The translations under genes and the position numbers were made by a program. Shown here piece by piece: positions 25,801 to 37,800 of a DNA stretch of 64,000 nt. A model generated the notes under the pieces. It saw only the letters and a program-made list of their open reading frames with translations. It was not told where the DNA came from and did no database searches. This DNA comes from Antedon mediterranea (Eukaryota; Animalia; Echinodermata). The DNA lies in the NCBI RefSeq assembly GCF_964355755.1, contig NC_092676.1, forward strand, positions 16,820,871 to 16,884,870. Direction: 5' to 3'. Numbering within the stretch: position 1 is the stretch's first letter; every line of letters begins with the position of its first letter.

Positions 25801-28800
25801 AGAACTTTACTTTAACATCCTGCAGTTGTAGGAGGTATTACATGGTATTGACGGGAAAGATGCTCATATTTGAAAAGCAAAAGTGCTACGTAGCTAGACA
25901 GTTGTATTACAGTTGCACTTTTACTGTAAGCCAATCGTTGTTATTGTCTAGATTGATTAATAACAAAATAACAACACCAGTTTCATTATAGTTCGACACC
26001 TTTATTGTCCTGAAAAGTTCCGACACTTCACTTACTGGGCTGCTAGACGCCATTTCATATGGCATCCATTGGAGTTTGTAGCACCCCAGTATTTTCTACT
26101 TCATCATTTAGGTATATGTTTTTTTTGGATCCGAAAATATCCAAAATATTATTGGCTAGCAAATTTTATGTGTACATAAGACAAAGAGGAAAAAACACAT
26201 AGAGACGATAGTAATAGTGATAAATACTATTATTCTGGAAAAAAAAGCACGGATCACGTAAAAAAAACCCATATATGATGTCTGGACTTTCTAGAACACT
26301 AATGGTATACTGTCGAGCTATATTGTGCCTACAAGTGTAGATAGATATATGTACCTCAGCTTCATTAACTTGAACAAGTACAGCAAAACTTGTTGTATGA
26401 TTGCATTCGCATGACACACTGTGGTCGTCCGCTAACACTTTCTTACATCCATACTGAGACCAAACCCTATTACGAAGAAAAATACGTGATTAATCCAATC
26501 AAACGATTGATAACAATTGATGTTGATAATGCTAGTAATGTCATAAAGAAGTGATCTGAATTACTTACTCGAAGCTTGTGTCCCAGAAAGAACACACAAT
26601 AGCCCTAGTTTTATTTGTGCCTTTTCTGAATTTAATCTCCTTTTCTTTGATTACCATATCTTTTCCATCATTAAATCCTGTCGTGTTAGTAGCTAATGAA
26701 AAGTTAACTCCCATCTGAACTTTTCTTGAGTTGGATGTTAATGTAACCGATAAAATCCCACTTGCCGTATTAGCGGTACCGTAAGTCTCTCTGTTGATTA
26801 TTAATGTTTAATGTAATGTTAATAATTAAACACATTTTAATGAATTACAAACAGTATTATGAAATAAAACGATAATATTGACGTGAACTAATTAGGTCGT
26901 CGGAAATCAAAAGCTCCCTAAAATGGTCACGTTGAACGAAACACGACGGGAAGCCACAGGACGGTGCTTAACAAAATGGAAATTACGTCGTCTTAACTTT
27001 AACGATAAATTTGTCATATTCCAGTTTACGGAGAACGACTAGAAGTAATGTATATATAACCTTTAATATACAGTTTAAATTACCCTTAAACGTGGAATTT
27101 TCAAAACTCTAACTAATATTTGAACTTCTAATTTAATGAAATAAGATTTTTATTGGGTTAAAATGGCTATGTTAAAAGCGGCGTTTGAATTTTAGGAAGG
27201 TAAGGCCTAAGCTGTATCACCAGAGCCAAGCGATTCAGAAGGGCCCCACGCCACGAGACAGGGAGAGAGATACGTCGTCTTCACGTAAATAACTAGAAAG
27301 CCACTCCGAGAGTGCATACCTCAGCCTACTGTAAAATTCTCCTACATTAGATTTCTCCGGTTAAGAAAAATATATATATATTTGTGTGTGTCTTAATTCT
27401 GTTTGTGATTTAGGCTAATTTCATTACAAGCATGTGTATGCGAGTTTGGTGTAATGGTTATGTAACAAGCCTTTCAATTAACAATAGCTTCAGTTGACTA
27501 ACAATAGAACAGCAACCACGTGAAAACCAAACGAGTGAATTTGAAAAGAAATAGGTTTCTTAAACTACTTGCATCAAAAAACGTGCACATTAAATCAAAT
27601 TATGTTTTAAAATTACAAATATCACAAATTATAACTCTTGCCTCTTGTTCAAAAATGAAGTTTTTTGGACAAGTAGTTCTCGAGAAAATGCAATTTCAGT
27701 TTACTTGTTCCTTTAAGACTGCTCGCCGGCTTTTAAAAAATTCTGTCCTATCTTTTAACACTAGCAGGTCTAAAAAAGTATATTAAAAAGTGGTCCAGAA
27801 TTGGGACTGTGGTCCCAAATGGTCCCAAAATTTAATGGAATGGTCCTTGACCACATATCTATCTGTCTATTCATTTTGGTAAAGATCTTGTAATTACTTT
27901 TTGAGTAATCCTGCTAACAAAAAAATGAAAGCACTCAGAAACTGAGTGAAGTACTTGGCAAAATATATCCACTGACTCAGAGCATGCTGAAAGATACATT
28001 TTTTTTTCCATATTTAAAGAGGGTGATCCATCCAGCAATTGCTGATCATTAGGGACCCTCAGAGGTTCACAAGACAAACATATACACAAGATGCTCTACA
28101 TAAACAAAGTCTTATTACAAGTCTTTGGGAGTGGAGTTGTAATTTTGTCCTTACAAAAAATCCTGACATGTGACGGGACTTGAACCTAGGACCCTGGGAG
28201 TGGTAGCCAAGCATCATTTAGGTATTAGCTTTACATATATTGTTAAAATCCTGCTGGGGTTAATAATTTGTTTAAATAATTTTTTGATACAAACAATTCC
28301 GGCATTGCAACAATGACCTTTCTAAAATCAAGATTGACCAGAATAATGGTCGAGGAGTGTCTTGAAGCTGTGCCGATTTGCGGCGCCTCTGCCTTAACCC
28401 ATGTAGTAAGCTTAACCGCTTGGCCAGTCGACTAATGTTTTGGTCCATATCAAAGAATATGTCCATGTTAAATACTCTAGTAGCTAGATCAACTTTCGTA
28501 TGCACTTTGAGGTCCAGAGAATTTGACTTCAGAAATTGGTTTAGGATGGTCAAACAATCATTTTTGGCTTGGTTACACATTTTGAAAATGTGGCGAAAGG
28601 TCAAAAGGTCAGGGTGAAAGGTCATAAGACCAAACACCAATATATCCTTAAATCTCAACAACCACTGGTCACAGCGAAGTAATTTTGGTCTCAAATTGAT
28701 CAGAAGTTATATATTTATATTCAGTCTAATGGGACATTTTAGTTCAAAATGACCGGAAATGTCATTTCTGACCTTTGACCCACAACCCAGGGCATGTATT

Positions 28801-31800
28801 TATCTCCGTAACTACTGGTCGTAGACACTTGAATTTGGTTTTAAATTGTTCGAAATATATATTTTGTTATTTGTTACACATTTTGAAAAATGTTACAAAA
28901 GGTCAAAGGGTCAGGGTCAAGGGTTATATAAACAAATAAATAAAGGTACTTGTATCTCGGCAACCACTGGTCGCAGCAAGTCAATTTTGGCCTCAAAATG
29001 TTCAGAAGGCATGCATTTATATTCCATCTAATGGGGCAAGTACAATCATGTAATAAAAGGTATCAGAAACAACTATAATAGACCAATTCATTGTCATTAT
29101 ATTCCGTAACACTGTTGCAAAATATTTTTTAATGTTACCGATAAAACTTATACATATTATGTATAAGTTTTGTCGGTGTATATACAGGTCTGTTCCCAGT
29201 GTAGATAATAAAACAGTATATGTTTCTGGAGATTTATTATCAATACCACTATAAACTTTGACATGTTTTAGGTACTGAATGCATTGACAACATAAGCATC
29301 AGAAGTTATCATAATAAAATCAGTACAACACTGTACTACAGTACACAAGGGTGTTTTCAGGAAAGCTGGACATACTGTACAATAGTAATGAAACGATTGT
29401 TGTCAAATTGTAGTCACAAACAGATGATAGAATGAAGATCCATTATGAGTGCAATTGTGTCAGGATAATGATGTCATTGTTTTATATCATTATACTGTAC
29501 TGGCACCTGGAGGAGAAGATCCATTTAATGTTATCTATGACAGTGTCACTTTTATTCTAAAAGACAGAAACATTTCGTTAAAAAGCATAAAGAAGAAAAC
29601 GAATCATGTAAAGTACCTTTTATCAGTTGAGAAACGAATTATAATTATTAAAATTAGAGTATTTATTCGAATTAACACCCGCTTTGAATAAAAGCCTCCC
29701 TCAAATAAACGCCACCATTCCCTCCAATAGAACATCATGTGGAATACGCCCGCTACATGCATTTACAAAATAATTGTATCACAACACATTACATTAACTA
29801 CCATAATCTACAATTTACCAAGCATTTTTTCACTTTTCGATATTAATTGTGCTGTATTTTTTTTTACATCTAGGTGGTATTTATTTGATTATACATATTA
29901 CCATATTATACCCCAAATAAAGATGCCTCCCCCCCCCCCCACCTAAAAACCCCTTTGAACAATAAATGCCCGGGGCGTTTAATCGGATACACATCGCAAG
30001 TTACTTCTAGCATTCTGAAAGAATTGTTGAGCTTGACGTTTCTATCAAAATGTTCTTGGGGACAGCAATAACTAGTACTTGAAATTGAAACAATTTAAAG
30101 TATCAGTTATTGCATAACATTACTGTCTAAGGATAGGTTATGTAGAGATATGTTTTTTGTTTGAAACATTAGTAATAGTATTTCTGTTCATCTTTTAACC
30201 ACATTTTCTATTACAATGAATGTAAATATGTATATTTCTAACAATTTGATACCAAATTTAAGTTTCTACGACCAGTACTTACAGAGATATGAATATGCAA
30301 TGATATGTGGGTCAAAGGTCAGAAATGGCATTTCTGATAATTTTTTACTAAAATGTCCCATTAGATTGAATATGAAAGCATGCCTTCTGAACATTTTGAG
30401 ACTAAAATTGACTTGCTGCGACGAGTGGTTGCCGAGATACAAGTATCTATTTATATTTGTTCATATAACCCTTGACCCTGACCCTTTGACCTTTTGTAAC
30501 ATTTTTAAAAATGTGCAACAAATAATAAAATGTTAATTTCGAACAATTTAAGACCAAATTCAAGTGTCTACGGTCAGTAGTTACGGAGATACATACATGC
30601 CCTGGGGTGTGGGTCAAAGGTCAGAAATGGCATTTCCGGTCATTTTTTACTAAAATGTCCCATTAGACTGAATATAAATGTATACCTTCTGATCAATTTG
30701 AGACCAAAATTATCTCGCTGTGACCAGTGATTGTCGAGATTTTAGGACCTATTGGTGTTTAGTTTGATAACCTTTCACCCTGACCTTTTGACCTTTCGCC
30801 ACATTTTCAAAATGTGTAACCAAGCCAATAATGATTGTTTGACCATCCTAAACCAATTTCTGAAGTCAAATTCTCTGGACCTCAAAATGCTTACGAAAGT
30901 TGATCTAGCTACTAGAGTAAAAAGAAGACAGAATGCGTGCTATTTAATATATCGTACGGAAGATAAGCTTTTGTGACAAACAATATATCAATTTACCTGA
31001 AAATCAATAGGCATGTTCTGTAAATAAGGAAGGACACACACTGGTACTAACTAAACTAATTATCAACTAACAATAGTTTAACTTGAATAACAATAGAACA
31101 GCAACGCCAAAAACAAACGGGTGAATTTGAAAAGAAATAGATTTTTTTTAAACTACTCGCATGAAAAAGTCGGTACATTGAATCAATTGTTGTTTTGAAA
31201 TTACAAATCCCAAATTATAACCATTGCCTCTTGTCCAAAAATGAGGTTTTTTGGACAAGTAGTTCTCGAGAAAATGTAATTTTAGTTTACGTGTTACTTT
31301 AAAACTGCTCACCGGCTTTTGAAAATTGTCTATCTTTTAACACTAGCCGGTCTGAAAATAATATCATTTTTGTTATTTGTGAAGTTATTAATAAACCAAT
31401 TTTGTTGATTTTCAATAGGCATGGTTTGAAAGTACATACCTATCTACAACCAAAAATTCAGAACGATAACTTGAAAACTGTAGGCGCTATCGTGCTAACA
31501 AACAAACATAAATACAAACATACATTCATACATACATACAAACAAAGTGAATACTATACTTGGCAAAAAGGAATTTTGCCAAGTAACAAACAAACACACG
31601 CTACCGATTACATATACCTCCTTGGCGGAGGTAAATAAACGGCTATGCTGACTGTTATGATTTTACGCTCTAGGGAACACAGGATGCTGTATTCGTCGTC
31701 CGCCCCCAACCGTCGTGTTAAGTCCCTACTAAGTAACTTGTACAACTTACTTGTTTTCGTCGAGTTCAGTTGAATAACTTTCCTGATTGATGTGCATTAT

Positions 31801-34800
31801 GGTTAGCCCCAATGAATCTGTTATATTAAATATAATCGATAGCCGATAAAAAGGATTATTTTATTATGCAAAAAAAATGAAATGAATTTAACTCCGTTAG
31901 GAGTGTTATAACTTTCTTTAAACATGATTGCATGCAATTTCAGCTTGTTTCATCATTTCACTATCTCAAAGGTAGTGTATTGATAGTGACAACTTCAACT
32001 TTCAGACACATTTAGCAATTGTATATTGTGACTATAAGGGAACACATTTTGATTCAGGTACCCAGCGTTTCGCTTTAATTTGGGGACCTTAAAAGAAATA
32101 AGCTTTTTATTAAAAATTCTTGGGTTATCCTCAGTTTATTCATATATTTTCTTCAATCTTGTTTTCATTTTTTTAATTTATCTGTTGTTTGTAAAATTGA
32201 ATGAACTGAACTAAAATTAAAACCATGATGATTATGGTAATGCTGGCGGATGATAATGGTGGTGGTGAATTTCTATTCTATTTTTCAAGTAATTTTATAT
32301 AGGAGTAGTAGTTTTAAAATCTGTGGACTTCGTTCTCCATGGAGCAAGTAAATTTACCCATGTCTAACTATTCGTTTACTTCCTCTTTTATTCATCTTAC
32401 CAAATGACGAAAAACTTTCTGGAAGAATAGGCTTCAATTTTCCAGCAGTTTGGTACTCTGTCCCATCTACCTCATTAGTTGTAGTTGGGATATCAAAAAC
32501 AGTGTTTTCAAATTGGGATGTATCCATGTGATAGCACCCTGCAACTACATAGAAAAAAATATTTTTATGATAACCATTTATCTTTCTTTAAATTTCTCTT
32601 AAGATATATTATCCCGTTAAAAAAATATTCACTTTAACCAAAAATTGAATCGTAGAAATTAAATAGTTACATGAAAAAAATGTAATTTAAAGCAAAAAAT
32701 AGTAAAAATTGAATGGAAATCGATGGGTTTTGGTTGAATTTAACAGTTTATTTTTGTTTTTAAAAGTGAAAACATTCTTTTTAGTTTTTTTCTAGTGATT
32801 AACTTTATTGAAACTACGAAATTGCCCTTTTTTTTTTGTACTAATCTTCATTTTTCATATTTTGGTGGACAATACATCTATAAGTTAATACTGTATTTAA
32901 AATGTATTATTAACATTGGACCTTACCAAAAACATACCAATGAGAACAGTGCTTCAACAAAATAAATATAGAAATCGTATTTAATTAATACATAACCTCC
33001 CCTTTAATCACCTATCCATAAATCGAAGTAATTTTGATTAACTCTATCTAATTTTTTATTTTAAAAAGACCCACGTCAGTAAAATGGAAATAGTTACATT
33101 TTGCTTTCCTCCTTTGGAGTAAAAAAAAATATTCATAGTGTAAATACGTGACGTGACACCGGTAACTGGTGGTCTGCATAGTGGTAAGTAACATTGTCTC
33201 ATGTGATAACTCATTTTCAGTAAATAAACTACTGTTCCCGATATGAAAATTCTTTCCCGATAAATGTACTATGTAATTATTACTGTATTAAAAAGAAACG
33301 TTTGCATACCCATGTTATCTTCTTTTACGATAATACTTTCCCCCTTGGGTAAATTTCCAGTCATCTTACTAATGATGTCCTCTGTTAAAGTAGCAGCATT
33401 TAGTTTATCCGCATTTTTCTAAATAAAAAACGTGTACATTTCCTAAACCATATACATCATCCTTTGGCGGGTGGATTTAATATCAATAGAGAAATGTTAA
33501 AGATTTTATTTTACAAAAAAATGTTATAACTGAGAAAATATACATTGATAAGAGAAAGCAATGTTAAAAAGTTTATGGATAACTTAGCAATACAATTTAG
33601 TTTTTAACCATCTACTAGATAATACAAGGTGGATGATGGATGGAGTATTAGTTTACCAATATTGTATTGCTTCATACTGGTTATCTACATTATAACAATA
33701 GACCTACACATAAATATTTGTAAAATGTTTAAACTTACCAAGTTATTTCTTGGATCAAGTAACACTCTTGTCATTTTCAAAATAGTCTAAAAATCAACAA
33801 CATTATTTTAAAATTTAATACTAGTTCATATTTTATATTCATTTATTTAGATAAAATACTACTCTTTATAGATAAAGATTAATTTATTTATTTATTTGTA
33901 GTCTTTGTATTGGCATTTAAGCGACATATTTTAAACCGAAATCAAAACATTATAAGCTTTACTTTTTTTTGGAAATGATGAAATAAAATCAGGTTTATTT
34001 GTAAAAACTGGTGTATTAAACTAAGATGAGACCTGGTATAATACCTTAGTACTGTTTCGGTATTCTTCAACACTAGAAGTGTTTCCCAGTGATATTTTCT
34101 TGAGAATACTGTGTATCGATGTGACTTCTTCTTCTGTGAAATCTCGATCGTCATCGATTCCAGATTCACTTACGGCGTTCAAAACGTTCTTAGCGGGCGC
34201 ATCGTCCAACTAAAATCAATTCAATAACAAAAAAATTAATATAACAGGCCTACATAATTTGAATTACGTGATACAAACACAACGTCTTGTGGACAACTTC
34301 TTTTAAAAGACCGTATTATTAACTTAAGCATTCAGGACATTACAAGTTAAACACACAGAAAACATGTCACGGTATTTGAAGGCAGTTTGCCTGTTTATTA
34401 ATTTTAACAGAAAATATCCATGTTAACTTACCATGCGCTCTAAATTGTTAAAACTGTTGAAACCTGTCAAAGGGTAAAATGAAAATCAGCTTTTAATTAA
34501 ATTTTTGTATTTATTATATCGCAGATATCTTTTGTTGTTTTCCTACTAGCAGAGACACTACTAACTTGTAGGCCTACATGTAAGGCTTATATGTATTTAT
34601 GTATTTATCATTAGTAACACCAGTCACCAGTCACTCTTCCCTGGTAACAGTAACACTTTATTTGAAAATTGTACTGAATGTAGATGGCCCTGAATTTACC
34701 ATGTGTACAGGATATCAATATCTGACCGGTAACTGGTACTTCAACTTGGCTTAGATCACATAAATGTAAAGTGGTAAAACTACTTACGTCTTGTTCGTGG

Positions 34801-37800
34801 TATTCTTTGAGTGGTATCCATTGTCGTAGCTACTGTCTCGATATCACTCTTGTGTGTAGTTTCTGAACTATCCACATTAATTTCATCTATCATTAACAAA
34901 AACCGAAATGTTTTTACCTGATTTTACTTTACAAAATAGAAATATATGTAGATGTCTGTAATAATAATCAACAAAGTATCCAAAAGTGTTTAGAAACAAA
35001 CAAGGGTTTAAAAAATAACAGATTAGATTTACAAATAACTAAAGTGTGTAAATGTGTCAATTGAATTTGACTCTAGGATAGGATAGGACTGCAACTCGAA
35101 GACTTTATCGACATACCTCTTTGGGCGACTAGATGAAACAAAAAGTGTATATTTTGTACTGACTAGACGACCTAAAGTTCGTTTACAGACTGAAGGTGTA
35201 CAGTACGTTCAATTAAAATGATTTGACAATTGAACATCATTATAGCTTATAAAACTGTATATATTTCCTTTTTTAAAGTGAGTAACTGTTTTGGTATTGA
35301 TTTTACTATTATTTTTAATAACATATTTTAAAAATATAAATAATAATAATTACTGGTCATCAGTGTTATAATACAAACTGTATTACGGTATTAATTTAAG
35401 AAAACAATTTAATGCTGTTTATTTTTATTTCCCAGAAGTCATTATTTCTTTATTTTTATTATATCATATTGAGAAAATATTTTTCTTTCAGATTGTGCAC
35501 CGTTTATCGGTTACAATAGCAGCTCTGACGGTGAGAAATAGAAACTTGACTATACCGTAATTTATTTTTTAATTATAATATATTTAGCTCAATATTGTGT
35601 GATGGAAAGTTCATGATGTTTAATAAGAGTATATTCAATTGTCTGGTCCTGTATATCAACATCATATTGACTAACCTATGTAAGCACTCGTAGCGGTAGA
35701 CAGTACTTCCTCTATAATTATCTCTGTTACAATTTCTTCATCTTCCTCTTGAATCAGTGTAGTATAGTCAACATCTAACTCTACAAAGTACCGATAGTGT
35801 AATGTGATTATTGTAATTATTCTCCAACTATTGTAGCATTATACCTCCTATGCTATATTCAATGTCTCGCCCACTTAGTTTGTTTAACTTACACTCCCCT
35901 ATACTATGTCCATACTACAGTAGGCCTACACTTCCCTATAATACTTATCATACTACACTTCCCTATTACTTCACATTAGGCCTACCTACGCTTTCCGTAC
36001 CATTTTATATTTCAAATAACACTTACACTTCCCGTACCACTTACACTTCCCGTAACACTTATACTTCCCGTATCATTTACATTTCCCATACCACTTACGC
36101 TTCCCATACAATTTACACTTCCCATACCACTTACGCTTCCCATACCACTTACACTTCCCGTAGGCCTACCACTTACGCTTCCCATACCACTTACACTTCC
36201 CGTATTACTTACACTTCCCGTACCACTTACACTTCCCATACCACTTACACTTCCCGTATTACTTACACTTCCCGTACCACTTACACTTCCCGTATCACTT
36301 AAACTTCCCGTAGCACTTACGCTTCCCGTATCACACTTCCCGACCACTTACGCTTCCCGTACCACTTACGCTTCCTGTACCACTTACGCTTCCCGTATTA
36401 CTTACACTTCCCGTATCACTTAAACTTCCCGTACCACTTACACTTTCCGTACCACTTACACTTCCTGTACCACTTACACTTCCCGTACCACTAACACTTC
36501 CCGTACCACTTACACTTCCCGTACCACTTACACTTCCCGTAGCACTTACGCTTCCCGTATTACTTACACTTCCCGTATCACTTAAACTTCCCGTACCACT
36601 TACACTTCCCGTACCACTTACGCTTCCCGTACCACTTACACTTCCCGTACCACTTCCCGTACCACTTCCCATACCACTTACACTCGTCGTTCCACTTACA
36701 CTTTGTATACCAATTACGCTTCCCGTACCACTTACACTTCCCGTACCACTTAAACTTCTCGTGTCACTTACACTTACCGTACCACTTAAACTTCTCGTGC
36801 CACTTACACTTCCCGTACTACTTACACTTCTGTACCACTTACACTTCCCGTATCACTTACACTCGTCGTTCCACTTACACTTTGTATACCACTTACGCTT
36901 CCCGCACCACTTCGGGCCTACGCATCACGCATCACTTCCTCTACCATTACCAGTTCAATTCAACACATCCCTCACACTTACACACTTCCTCTACCAATAG
37001 CACTTACATTTTGTTCTTACACTTTTAACATTTAACTTCCACTGCAGTACTACAGTTTACTTGTATTTTAGCGAGGACAACAATATCAAATACAGTACAA
37101 TATTGTTGTCTCAGATTTTAGCCAACCATAATGTCTCCTAGGCTTTCTACTGTACTACATACACAGTTTGCTATACTTACTGCACCGCATTTACAACCAC
37201 ACTTTAGTATCGTTGTATACATCATTCCCGGATTAATACATTAATACCATTACCATTACCAGCAGTTCACTTACCTGTGTATGTTACATATCTTTCATCC
37301 TCTTCTATCGTTTTAGCAATATCCGCTTCAACTATAAATTGATTATAAAAGATACATATTATAGATATACAACATTGTACTGTAAGACAACGTACTCTCA
37401 AAACACGTTTGGAATGTCTCCTCTGAAAAATCGTTTATATAAAATGGCGTCTGCATCTGTATATGCCTTGAAAGGCATGGCACATAAATAAGCCACTTCT
37501 CATCCTGTTCATCATCAAGTTAAGTTGGCGATCAGGTGTGAGAGAGATAATTGTACCTTACATGTGACGTGCAACGACAACAAGTGTTGTTTCATTTTAG
37601 TTGAAATACACACACAATTTATTCAGTAACCAACCGAGTTCTCAGCGTTTTAAGTCACTACTGCGGAGGATGCCATACGAGAATCGAGCGATGTGTACTA
37701 TTGATAATTATGCCAGATTTCACACGTTTTAGAAAACCGAAAACGGTCGATCATATTTTTTCGAAGGAGCAAATTAAAGACGTCCACTTAGAGTTAATTA

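Noticed and set aside
28170-28215. tRNA-like B-box (GGTTCAAGTCCC on the minus strand); a similar one near 58350-58390
   Set aside because: No complete cloverleaf. At most these are SINE-derived remnants.
28272-30976. Similar ORFs on opposite strands (28272-28694 and 30752-30976) suggesting a duplicated gene
   Set aside because: They are the two arms of the foldback inverted repeat and show no protein motifs.
35850-37000. TTYTSR, GTGSVS and related ORFs
   Set aside because: Products of an 18-bp minisatellite, with a frame break and no clear acceptor.
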